Both the position numbers and the translations under genes were made by a program. From Escherichia phage vB_EcoM_IntR, in sequence record OM313460: a stretch of 52,782 nucleotides of DNA; one strand, written 5' to 3'. The notes beneath the pieces were generated by a model. It was not told where the DNA came from. It did no database searches and saw only the letters and a list, made by a program, of their open reading frames with translations. Shown one piece after another: positions 18,837-28,142 of this stretch (its first letter is position 1; each line of letters begins with the position of its first letter).

Positions 18837-20966
18837 ATGTCGCTTCCACTTGATGAGGTTGTCGACGTCCAGTTCAGTAAGAGCAACGGGGGTAAAGGTT
18901 TTACCCCCAATGTTCCGCTGGAAGGCATAATGCTTTACAACTACGAGTACTCAATCGTTGCGGATGATGACCCTGTTCAGCTAGCTGTGCTCTACATTCC
19001 AACCAACGCTACGGAGCGTGGTATGGTATGGGAATCTAGCGACTCAGACGTTATCACCGTTGATGAGCTCGGATTTGCAAAGCCGCTGGCGGAAGGTGTT
19101 GCATACGTGACTGGTACGTCTGTTGATGGCGGTTATACTGTACGAGCAAAGTTCAATGTTGCTCGAGCACCTATCCTTGTTGAATCTGTTACAGTGTCTC
19201 CCACAAGCGTGACACTTGAAGAGGGTAAGACTCAACGTCTGACATACACCTATTTACCTGCTAATGCAGACAAACCTGATTTTTACTGGATTTCAGATGA
19301 CGAGGCTGTTGCTGTCGTTAGTGACAGCGGGCTTGTCACTGCCATTGGAGACGGTGAAACAACTGTAAGCGTACAGTACGGTATTGACAGTACTATATCT
19401 GATAGCTGTATCGTAACTGTTATTCCACCTATTGTACACGTTACAGGAGTTGAGTTTCTTACTCAGTCACCTCTTAACATTAATATCGGAAGCACAACTG
19501 AGACGAGTATTCGTGTATCGCCAGAAGACGCCACTGACAAAACAGTGACGTACGAAAGCAGTGCGACTGATGTAGTAACTGTAGATACTGACGGAAATGT
19601 TACGGGTGTTATAGCTGGCAATGCCACTATTACTGTTAAGACGAATGATGGTGATAAGACTGACACTCTTGATATTATAGTCAAGGAGGCTGTCGTAAAT
19701 GTTACCGGTGTAAGTATTGATGAAGGCGCTACAGCTTCCATGGAAGTTGGAGACACTCTTCAGTTGCATGCTACTGTGACTCCTGAAAATGCTACTGACC
19801 CGTCTGTTGTGTGGGATGCTCCTACATCAGCAGTTGCGACTGTTACTAAAGCTGGTTTGGTAACCGCTAATGAAGTAGGTTCAATTAATGTTACTGTTAC
19901 CACTAATGACGGTGGCTTTACCGATAGCATTGAGGTTAAAGTTACAGACCCTAGCATCGCAGTTACAGACGTTGCATGGGCTTCTGACTCTCCGACTAAA
20001 GTGAGTGCTGGCCATCAGGTGCAAACTAAAATTGTTATAACACCTGAAAAAGCAACCAATAAAAAAGTCAGTTACAACAGCTCAAACCCAGACGCTGTTA
20101 CTGTTGACACTGATGGAGTTATATACGGTCAATCTCCTGGAACTTCAACTATTACAGTTACAACAGACGACGGTGGACTTACTGCTTCGTTTATAGCTAC
20201 TTGCACAGAAGTGGCTGTTATTACACCTGACGGTCTTGGCGGTATTCCAATCGGTGGCACCCAGCAGTTCACTTATACTGTTAGCCCGTCTGATGCTGAG
20301 CTAACTGATATTCGTTACGAATCTGCTAACCCAGCTATTGCAACTGTTGATTCGTCTGGCGTTGTAACTGGTGTTGCTAGCGGCGGATGTAATATCTGGA
20401 TTTACGCAACTAGTAATGGTGCGGACATTAGCTCAGCTACTTGGGCACAAATTTCTGAGAGGGTTCAGGTATACCCGCAGTATGCTGAATGGCTTGTGGG
20501 TAACAACAAACAGCTTGATGTTGAGATTTATCCATCGGACTCTAAGAGCGTTACCGTTACTTATAGCTCGTCAGATGATTCTGTAATTAGCATAGATGCA
20601 AATGGCTTGATGACTGCTAAGTCTGAAGGTTCAGCAACTATTACTGCTAACGTTGTAATGAACGGTGTTGCTGCTTCTGGTACAACATCTCCTTACGTGT
20701 CTGAGCTTTCTGTTACTACTGATTCGCTGCCTGCACTTACTGTTGGCAACACGCAGCAGCTGGTTGTAACTGTTAGACCTGAATACGCTAAGACAGACCC
20801 AGGCTATAACATTCAGTATACAACTACAGACGATACTGTCGCTACTGTAAGTAATACCGGTGTTATTACTGGCGTTGGTAACGGTGGATGCCGTATTGGT
20901 GCCACAGTAACTGTGAGAAATGCTACAGCGTCGGACAGCTCTTATCAGTCCGTTGATGCAGCATAA
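18837..20966 (+). CDS. multi-domain Ig-like (BIG2-type) repeat protein
   Basis: ATG at 18837 with AAGGAG RBS (18834 is TTG); about seven tandem Ig-like repeats. Confidence 0.6.
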   Translation: MSLPLDEVVDVQFSKSNGGKGFTPNVPLEGIMLYNYEYSIVADDDPVQLAVLYIPTNATERGMVWESSDSDVITVDELGFAKPLAEGVAYVTGTSVDGGYTVRAKFNVARAPILVESVTVSPTSVTLEEGKTQRLTYTYLPANADKPDFYWISDDEAVAVVSDSGLVTAIGDGETTVSVQYGIDSTISDSCIVTVIPPIVHVTGVEFLTQSPLNINIGSTTETSIRVSPEDATDKTVTYESSATDVVTVDTDGNVTGVIAGNATITVKTNDGDKTDTLDIIVKEAVVNVTGVSIDEGATASMEVGDTLQLHATVTPENATDPSVVWDAPTSAVATVTKAGLVTANEVGSINVTVTTNDGGFTDSIEVKVTDPSIAVTDVAWASDSPTKVSAGHQVQTKIVITPEKATNKKVSYNSSNPDAVTVDTDGVIYGQSPGTSTITVTTDDGGLTASFIATCTEVAVITPDGLGGIPIGGTQQFTYTVSPSDAELTDIRYESANPAIATVDSSGVVTGVASGGCNIWIYATSNGADISSATWAQISERVQVYPQYAEWLVGNNKQLDVEIYPSDSKSVTVTYSSSDDSVISIDANGLMTAKSEGSATITANVVMNGVAASGTTSPYVSELSVTTDSLPALTVGNTQQLVVTVRPEYAKTDPGYNIQYTTTDDTVATVSNTGVITGVGNGGCRIGATVTVRNATASDSSYQSVDAA

Positions 20967-20991
20967 AAATTAATTAACTTTGCACTGGCCA

Positions 20992-21020
20992 TTTACTTGG
21001 TTAAACTTACTGAGTATAAT
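20992..21020 (+). promoter_or_regulatory. sigma70-type promoter (TTTACT-N17-TATAAT)
   Basis: TTTACT 20992-20997, TATAAT 21015-21020. Confidence 0.55.
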
Positions 21021-21052
21021 GGCCGGAAAGTCCACCCAAGAGGTAAACAAAA

Positions 21053-22192
21053 ATGCCGTTGAATGTAAACCAGATTGTAAACGTTCAACTGAACAACACT
21101 CCAACTGGTATCAGCAAAGGTGACTTCGGTAAGCTGGCTCTTTTAACTCAGGACCCTGGCACTGCTTTTCCTGACAGCGACAACGGACACTATGTTGAAA
21201 TCGGCAGCTACTCTGAAGCCGAGTCTTATTGGGGTGCTGGTTCAGTTGTGCTTGGCGCGTTGAAGATTTTCTTTGCACAATCTCCGCGTCCTCGTTCAGT
21301 AGTTATCGCCTCATGGAACAACACCTCTACTCTGGATGCGGCTATTAAAGCATTCAACGATGTGTACCCTGACTGGTATGTTCTGCGTCCGCTTCCACCT
21401 ACTGGTGAGCTGTCTGACGATGACATCAGTTTGCTGGCGTCAACTGTTGCTGCTTACGATAAAAAACGTTGCAGCTATACAACCACTAAAGCAACTCATA
21501 TTGAAAACAGCGACTCCAACCCGATTAAAGTTCTGGCTGGTAAAGGCTACAACAATATGTGGCTTCAGTATGATAAGAACAACCAACACTATGCAGACAT
21601 TTCTGCTATGGCGCGTGCTCTGTCCGTTAACTTCTCTGGTAACCGCACCACGATTACCATGAAGTTCAAACAAGAGCCTGGCATTACACCGAACAACACT
21701 TTAACGCTTACTGAAGCTAACAAGTGTAAAGCGCTGGGTATTAACTGGTACACCTACTACAGCACCTTTGCTATGCTTGCTGAGGGTACTGTTCTCGGTA
21801 CGTCCAAACCGCCTCGCTTCTGGGATGAAGTACACGGCCTAGACTGGTTCTGTAATGCAGTTCAGACTTACGTCTTCAACTCAATCGCTACGTCACCCAC
21901 GAAGGTGCCGCAGACGAACAAAGGTCACGAGCGCCTTACCGGTGCTGCAGCTGTTGCTTGTCAGCAGGCTGTCGACAACGGCTTGGTTGCACCTGGTATC
22001 TGGTACGGTGATGAGTTTGGTACACTGTCTTATGGTGACCGACTCGAGACAGGTTTCTACATCTACATCCCTGACGTAGATGACCAGCCTCTGGATGAGC
22101 GTGAAGCTCGTCAGGCCGTTGTAATGCAAATCGCGATTAAGCTGGCAGGTGCAATCCATTCCAGCGACATCCTGATTAACTTCACTCGCTAA
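21053..22192 (+). CDS. tail sheath protein (P2 FI / Mu L-like size class)
   Basis: 379-aa ORF followed by tube, chaperone and tape-measure genes; AGAGG RBS. Confidence 0.5.
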   Translation: MPLNVNQIVNVQLNNTPTGISKGDFGKLALLTQDPGTAFPDSDNGHYVEIGSYSEAESYWGAGSVVLGALKIFFAQSPRPRSVVIASWNNTSTLDAAIKAFNDVYPDWYVLRPLPPTGELSDDDISLLASTVAAYDKKRCSYTTTKATHIENSDSNPIKVLAGKGYNNMWLQYDKNNQHYADISAMARALSVNFSGNRTTITMKFKQEPGITPNNTLTLTEANKCKALGINWYTYYSTFAMLAEGTVLGTSKPPRFWDEVHGLDWFCNAVQTYVFNSIATSPTKVPQTNKGHERLTGAAAVACQQAVDNGLVAPGIWYGDEFGTLSYGDRLETGFYIYIPDVDDQPLDEREARQAVVMQIAIKLAGAIHSSDILINFTR

Positions 22193-22203
22193 GGAGCAGA
22201 TCA

Positions 22204-22635
22204 ATGATCATCGATTCTTCTGAATGCGTGTTGAGCCTGAATGGTGTTCAGCTGTCCGACTGGGCAGACGGTGCCGATGTCATTGACGTGCAATGGGTGG
22301 ACCCAGCTTCCACCTATCTTGCAGGTGCTGATGGCGGTGGTATCCAGATTATGAACCCGTCCAAAGCCATTAAGCTGACTATCAAAGTTAAGCAAAGTGG
22401 TCCGGACGCCAAATGGCTTAACGACCAGTACAACCTGCAGCGTAACAACATTCGTGGATTCGTCCCGTTTGTGCTGCAAGCCAAAGACCTGCTAAACCAG
22501 GATTTGGCATGGGGTAAAAAAGGTTACTTTACCGATGGTTCCCCGTGGACTCGTGGTAACGGCCATAACCCGACTACCTTCTCTATTGTGTTCCACCAAG
22601 GTGGTATGCAGTTGACTGAAGGCTTTGACCAGTAA
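22204..22635 (+). CDS. tail tube protein
   Basis: 143-aa ORF between sheath and chaperone genes; AAGGAG RBS. Confidence 0.5.
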   Translation: MIIDSSECVLSLNGVQLSDWADGADVIDVQWVDPASTYLAGADGGGIQIMNPSKAIKLTIKVKQSGPDAKWLNDQYNLQRNNIRGFVPFVLQAKDLLNQDLAWGKKGYFTDGSPWTRGNGHNPTTFSIVFHQGGMQLTEGFDQ

Positions 22636-22653
22636 CAATAGAGGAAAGCACAA

Positions 22654-23082
22654 ATGACTGAGCCCAAATCATTTGACATCGACGACGTAACGTACAACAT
22701 GACACTCGCAAACGCGCTGCAAGCCTGGACAGTCCTGAAAAAAGCAGGTAAGCTGTTCAAAGGCATTGGTAACGCGGACATTGTGGGTAAAGACGGCAAA
22801 GTGGACGGTAAGAAAGCAATGCTGGTCCTGTTGGACGCTGTTCTGGAGAACGCAGGTTCTGACGAGATGACAGCTATTGAGGAACTAATCTTCCGCAATA
22901 CTGTTGTTGTAGTTGATGGCAAACCGCGTAAGCTGTCTGACTGTAAAGACCAACACTTCAACGCACATCGTAGCCATATCTTCGGTGTGCTCAAGGAGGG
23001 ATTGGTATATCAGTTCGCGGATTTTTTCAAAGGGAATGGCCTGTCAGGTCTAGCGGGTCTAGCCACGCCCTTGACGAAATAA
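22654..23082 (+). CDS. tail assembly chaperone (short form)
   Basis: 142-aa ORF immediately upstream of the tape-measure gene; AGAGGAAA RBS. Confidence 0.55.
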   Translation: MTEPKSFDIDDVTYNMTLANALQAWTVLKKAGKLFKGIGNADIVGKDGKVDGKKAMLVLLDAVLENAGSDEMTAIEELIFRNTVVVVDGKPRKLSDCKDQHFNAHRSHIFGVLKEGLVYQFADFFKGNGLSGLAGLATPLTK

Positions 23083-23264
23083 AACGCAAGCAACAGTCAG
23101 GGACGCAAGAAACTGACTGGTTTATTTGGCTTCCTATTCTCAAGGGTCATGTGACCCTTGCAGAATTAAAGTCGTCTTACAGCTTGTGTGATTTGTGCGA
23201 CCTGCATATTGCTATTCTGGACTATGCCGAGTTAGAGGAAATCCATGGCGACCATAATCGATAG
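22654..23264 (+). other. tail assembly chaperone, -1 frameshifted long form (predicted)
   Basis: Slippery heptamer T_TTT_TTC at 23022-23028 in the zero frame; the -1 frame stays open from 23025 to a TAG at 23262-23264, overlapping the tape-measure start. Confidence 0.5.
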
Positions 23265-24927
23265 CTTTCTGGTAACGCTTGAGAGTAAAGCCGATAGTGC
23301 AGGCTTTGACCTCTTCGACCAGCTGTCCCGCCGTTTTGTGATTACCCTCGGCGATGTAATCAATCTTGCTGAGCGTGCCGCTGGTGCGCTCGGTAGGATG
23401 TTTGCGCCTGCGTTAGAGGCTGACGTACTCGCCGCCAAGATTAAAGGCTTCGGCTACGACGTCGAATCGACGTGGAAAACGCTGATGGATATGTCTTTGC
23501 AAATGGGTACACCATTTCAAGAGGCACTCGACGGCTTTACTAAACTTAAAGCGTATGGCGTTGACCCGTTAAACGGTTCGCTACAAATGCTCAAAACAAT
23601 CACTGCTGCAACAGGCGGTGATTTGGCACGTACCATTGTTGCGTACGGCCAGGCAACTGCGATGGGTTCATTGCAGGGCCAGGAAAAGAACCAGTTCATT
23701 AACGCCGGTGTTGACATCTGGGGCGCATTGTCCCGTTACACTGGTAAGCAACTCGGCGAGCTTCAGGATATGATGCGGCAGAAGAAAATTACTGCCGACA
23801 TACTGACTAGCGCGCTCAAACAAGAAGCCGAACGGTTAAAACCAATTGCCCACGAAGTGTCACAGACACTCAAAGCGCAGTTAACTAACCTGAGCACAAT
23901 TTGGTATGCTGCTCGTGCTAAGATTACCCAGACCCGAGTATGGGACGAGGTAACTAAAGGCGCGATAAATATGGTTAAGTCACTTACCGCAGTGCTTAAC
24001 GATACCACACTTACTGCAGCATTTAAAAAGTTTGATGAAATTGTATTCAATACAATTGAAAATATAAAACGACTTATCTACGTTATCGGGGATAACTTCC
24101 CGTTAATGGTTGCAATAACCTCATACGCACTGCTGTCACTTATTCCTGTGCTGGCGGCACTTATTCCCGTGCTGACTAAGGTCGGCAATGCCTTTGTGGG
24201 TTTAGCTGCCAAAATACTTATGAACCCGCTTACGTGGATTGTACTTGCTATCGGCGCAGTTATTGCTGTACTCGCTGACCTCGATGATGCTCTGGCAGGA
24301 CGTGAGACAGTTGTTAAGTGGTCAAAAGACGTTGTTGCTGCATGGGGAATTGTCAAGCAGTATATCGTAGTTATTGCAGACTTTATTCTGTCAATATTTG
24401 ACGGCCGCTTATGGAACCGGCTCGGTAACTGGTGGCAAGGTTTCCTTGGTGAAGTTAAGCAAGGCATAGAGCAGATAAAGCTGTGGTTGTCTGAAGCGCT
24501 TTACCAGTTGCCTGGTGGTAAGTTCCTAATGGCATTATTTGGTAAGCTCGATTCTACCCTGGGCTTTGCTGGTAACAAACTTGTGACAGGTGCGGAGGCT
24601 ACTGTCAATGCTGTGTCGCCTACCACTGAACAGGGCGGAAGCTTCTGGAGTAAGGCGCTCAACTGGTCTATGCGTAACTTCAACCCTATTACAGGGGAGA
24701 TGACAGCTGGAGGCCAGGCTATGCAGTCAGCTATAAATACAGCTAAGCAAAACCAACAACAGAACGCAACTGTTATCCATCAGGATAATAGCGTTAAAGT
24801 TGATGCTACTATTACCGGTGTACAAAACCCACAAGAAGTAGGTCGTGAGGTCAATGACCAGGTCAAACAGGCGCAGAAAGAGAATGCTACTGTAAGGGCT
24901 AACAACAAAACGGCGGTAACACAATGA
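23245..24927 (+). CDS. tail tape measure protein
   Basis: 560-aa alpha-helical protein with a central hydrophobic segment; position after the chaperone. Confidence 0.7.
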   Translation: MATIIDSFLVTLESKADSAGFDLFDQLSRRFVITLGDVINLAERAAGALGRMFAPALEADVLAAKIKGFGYDVESTWKTLMDMSLQMGTPFQEALDGFTKLKAYGVDPLNGSLQMLKTITAATGGDLARTIVAYGQATAMGSLQGQEKNQFINAGVDIWGALSRYTGKQLGELQDMMRQKKITADILTSALKQEAERLKPIAHEVSQTLKAQLTNLSTIWYAARAKITQTRVWDEVTKGAINMVKSLTAVLNDTTLTAAFKKFDEIVFNTIENIKRLIYVIGDNFPLMVAITSYALLSLIPVLAALIPVLTKVGNAFVGLAAKILMNPLTWIVLAIGAVIAVLADLDDALAGRETVVKWSKDVVAAWGIVKQYIVVIADFILSIFDGRLWNRLGNWWQGFLGEVKQGIEQIKLWLSEALYQLPGGKFLMALFGKLDSTLGFAGNKLVTGAEATVNAVSPTTEQGGSFWSKALNWSMRNFNPITGEMTAGGQAMQSAINTAKQNQQQNATVIHQDNSVKVDATITGVQNPQEVGREVNDQVKQAQKENATVRANNKTAVTQ

Positions 24928-25820
24928 GTGACATCTTTGCTGGAATTACTGATGCTGCCAATAACTTGTACCAGGACGCCCGTGACAGGCTCATGGGCGA
25001 CGGTACAACCACCTTACGCTTCCGCAACTGCGGAGGCATTAAGATGGATGCTGTCACTAACGAAGAGCATCAGTCTGACCTTGACATCGCTGATAACGAA
25101 CTTGAGTCCGGGGCTAAGGCTTCGGACCATGCTGCTGTACAACCAAAAGTTATTACTGTCACTGGCGTGGTGGTTGGTTATATCGACGAGTCAGTTCAAG
25201 AGTCAACAATTAAGGATGTAACAGGCCTACGGTCTATGGATTTCTTGGATGATATTCAGCTTCCACAGGTAGTGTCTACTGCTCTCGAAGGAACAAGGGA
25301 CTTTGCTGTTAACAAGCTAGCCTCATTCATAGACTGGGGCGGTTTAGACGCTACCATCTCACGCTCTTTAGTTCCATGGCTTCCTGACTTTAGTATAGCT
25401 GAACAGCTTAAGTCTTCGGACAATATGAGGATTGAACAGGTATACCGTACCTTGCTGGATTTACAGAAAAACGTTATCTACTGTGACGTTGACACTGGTA
25501 TCTTCAAGTATACGAATATGCTTTTGAAGTCTGTTCGTGTTGTACAGGAGAAAGATGGTTCAGCGACGTTTACCCTTACGTTCCGTGAAGTCATCGAAGT
25601 GCCGATTGTAGTTACAAACGCTGTAGCGGCTAAGTCAACAGGTCGCCCGGCTAACAACGGTACCAAGAAGAGCGGACGGGCGCAAGGTCAGGGTGATGCT
25701 GTCAGTAAGAAGGACATAAACACAACTACGTCGATTAGCGAGAAACGCGTAAACGATAACCGTGGATTCGGCGTAACGCTTGGTGATATGTTCGGCTTTA
25801 ACCTACGAGGTATTTTCTGA
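24924..25820 (+). CDS. tail/baseplate protein (Mu N-like position)
   Basis: 298-aa ORF between tape measure and baseplate genes; start overlaps upstream stop. Confidence 0.45.
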   Translation: MSDIFAGITDAANNLYQDARDRLMGDGTTTLRFRNCGGIKMDAVTNEEHQSDLDIADNELESGAKASDHAAVQPKVITVTGVVVGYIDESVQESTIKDVTGLRSMDFLDDIQLPQVVSTALEGTRDFAVNKLASFIDWGGLDATISRSLVPWLPDFSIAEQLKSSDNMRIEQVYRTLLDLQKNVIYCDVDTGIFKYTNMLLKSVRVVQEKDGSATFTLTFREVIEVPIVVTNAVAAKSTGRPANNGTKKSGRAQGQGDAVSKKDINTTTSISEKRVNDNRGFGVTLGDMFGFNLRGIF

Positions 25821-26212
25821 TGATACTTACCACAACTGCTTTCCTCGACATTGTAGGTAACGATGGTTCTGGTATTTACGACTTGGAGCCTACCTCTGAA
25901 GGTAAGCAATCAATATCAATTTCTATCGCTGGATATACGTATAACATTGAGTTGTACTATAACACGGTAGGTCAGCTCTGGCAGGCTACAGTGACTGACC
26001 TATCAAGTAATGCTGTACTTTGTTCCAGTTATGCTTTACAATATGGGCGTATTGCTTTTGGTAACTGGGACACGCGTATAGCGTTGCTGGTAAGTGACAA
26101 ATCCTCCAGCCGCATCGGTCCTATGACTACAGATGACATGGGAGGACGTTGCAATGTCTACATCGTCGACAAAACAGCCTACCCGTCAGTTTGGCCGCGC
26201 GTTAAAGCTTGA
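25820..26212 (+). CDS. tail protein (hypothetical)
   Basis: 130-aa ORF, translationally coupled. Confidence 0.4.
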   Translation: MILTTTAFLDIVGNDGSGIYDLEPTSEGKQSISISIAGYTYNIELYYNTVGQLWQATVTDLSSNAVLCSSYALQYGRIAFGNWDTRIALLVSDKSSSRIGPMTTDDMGGRCNVYIVDKTAYPSVWPRVKA

Positions 26213-27113
26213 GGTCAGCAACGGTAAAGATGAAGGCATAATCATCTCAAATCTTCGTGTTACCTTTGACATTCAAAAGGGTAACACGAAGCATCCAAAT
26301 AAAGCGACAATCACAGTGTTCAACTTGACTGAATCCAACCGTTATAAGTTGGCGGCAGGTACCTGGGATTACGTCCGTCTCTCTGTGGGTTACGGTCTTG
26401 ACAACATAGTTTATCGTTTGATATTCGAAGGCGATATTACTCGTGCTAACGACCAACGAAACGGCCTTGACATTCAGACTGTTCTCGAATGTGGCGATGC
26501 CCGTAAATCTTACAACGATGGCTTTGTTAATACGACGCTGGCTGCTGGTTCTACGTATGACAGTGTTGTTGACGTTTGCCTGGCTAGCATGCCAAACGTT
26601 GAAGAAGGGTACGTCTGCCTTGACAGCAACAAACCAGCTTTCCTGAGAGCACGTACTCTGTTCGGACAAACGCACAGTGTACTGGACCAGGTTGCTGCTG
26701 CCAACAAGGCTACCTGGTCTATACAAGACAATAAGCTCAATATCATTCCTAACGACTCTGTTACTGACTACGACGTTGTTGTGCTGTCAGAATCGTCTGG
26801 TATGATTGGTGCTCCTCGCGGCACAGACAAAGGTCTTGAGGTTACTTGCAACCTGAATCCTAGCCTGGCCATCGGTGGTCTTGTACAAGTAAATTCTATG
26901 TTTACACAGTACAACGGACAGTATAAAATCGACACTATAAGATTTCGGGGTGACAATAAACCGAAAGGACCGTGGCGTGCTGACTTAACGGTTCTTGGCG
27001 GACAGTTCGCGAAGAAAGTTCGTCGACTCAAGAAGCCACGCAAACTGTCGAAGATTGAGTACGACTACGTTACCGAACCCGGTGTTGACCATACAGTAGG
27101 CGGAGGTAGCTGA
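26154..27113 (+). CDS. baseplate hub protein (putative)
   Basis: ATG at 26154 with GGAGGA RBS (ORF-track start 26133 is upstream); sits before the spike gene. Confidence 0.45.
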   Translation: MSTSSTKQPTRQFGRALKLEVSNGKDEGIIISNLRVTFDIQKGNTKHPNKATITVFNLTESNRYKLAAGTWDYVRLSVGYGLDNIVYRLIFEGDITRANDQRNGLDIQTVLECGDARKSYNDGFVNTTLAAGSTYDSVVDVCLASMPNVEEGYVCLDSNKPAFLRARTLFGQTHSVLDQVAAANKATWSIQDNKLNIIPNDSVTDYDVVVLSESSGMIGAPRGTDKGLEVTCNLNPSLAIGGLVQVNSMFTQYNGQYKIDTIRFRGDNKPKGPWRADLTVLGGQFAKKVRRLKKPRKLSKIEYDYVTEPGVDHTVGGGS

Positions 27114-27760
27114 TGTCAGCTATTGACTATAATACAGCAACACTTGACGAGGCCATTGAAGCTGCACTGTTTGCTGCAATGATTGGTAAACGCCACTGTT
27201 TACCTGGCCGTATAGTATCGTTTAACAGCGACCTACAGACTGTTGTTGTTGAACCTATGGTTAGCGCCGAAAACGAAGATGGTTCGATGAGACAGTTACC
27301 ACCAGCAGCTGATGTTCCTTTGTTCCAGCTAGGTGGCGGTGATTTTGTTATAACACTCGAACCAAAGAAAGGCGACCCGTGCTTACTTCTTGTTGCTGAC
27401 AGATGTATTGACGTATGGTATGAGCTGGCTGAAAACGCTATACCAGGTGACTTCCGACAGAATGACCTGTCAGACTGCTTCTGTCTTGTGGGCTTCAGAC
27501 CTAAACCTCTGAAGATAACAAACTGGATGGAAGGTGTAACTATCCGTAAGGTTGATGGTAGCCACTATATCAATATTAATAATGCTGGCAAGGTATCGAT
27601 AAAGGCTACAGCAGTAGACTTGCTTGATACACCAACACTTAATGCACCAAACACAGAAGCCAAGTTTAAAGAAATTAATATTGGCGGCGTTAAGATGTCC
27701 AAACACAGACACCAAGAGAATGGTGACGGTGGCGGTATTACTAATGGCCCGCAAAACTAG
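27113..27760 (+). CDS. baseplate spike / assembly protein V-like
   Basis: GGAGG RBS; N-terminal LPGRIVSF block typical of gpV-type spikes; Gly-rich C-terminus. Confidence 0.55.
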   Translation: MSAIDYNTATLDEAIEAALFAAMIGKRHCLPGRIVSFNSDLQTVVVEPMVSAENEDGSMRQLPPAADVPLFQLGGGDFVITLEPKKGDPCLLLVADRCIDVWYELAENAIPGDFRQNDLSDCFCLVGFRPKPLKITNWMEGVTIRKVDGSHYININNAGKVSIKATAVDLLDTPTLNAPNTEAKFKEINIGGVKMSKHRHQENGDGGGITNGPQN

Positions 27761-27770
27761 GTAACCCACA

Positions 27771-28142
27771 ATGCGAACTAGACGACTTGATTCAAACTGG
27801 GACTGGAATTTTGGGCGTGGACGACTTGACTACGCCGAGACATCTGAGTCCATTGAACAACGCATCGTGCAGATACTCCGCTGCTATACCATGGACTGGG
27901 TACATGACCTGGACTATGGCATTGATTGGTTCGGACTAATGGAGAAGCCTGTTCGATGGGCTGACCTGGAGGCTGCAATCAAAACAGCAATACTTGCGGA
28001 GTATGGAGTTAGTTCTATCGAGAGCTTTACCCTAAGCTTCGACCCTGACTCACGTCACGCTGTTTATTCGGTTGAGGTTAATGATATTTACCACAACACA
28101 ACCTCTATTAACAGAAGTATTAATTTAACCGGAGAAAACTGA
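27771..28142 (+). CDS. baseplate wedge protein (gp25/W-like)
   Basis: 123-aa ORF upstream of the J-like gene; size and position match gp25/W. Confidence 0.5.
   Translation: MRTRRLDSNWDWNFGRGRLDYAETSESIEQRIVQILRCYTMDWVHDLDYGIDWFGLMEKPVRWADLEAAIKTAILAEYGVSSIESFTLSFDPDSRHAVYSVEVNDIYHNTTSINRSINLTGEN

Noticed and set aside
21053-22192. Alternative reading of the 379-aa protein as a siphovirus major tail protein
   Set aside because: Downstream gpV-like, gp25/W-like and J-like baseplate genes and the sheath/tube size pair (379/143 aa) fit a P2/Mu-like contractile tail better.
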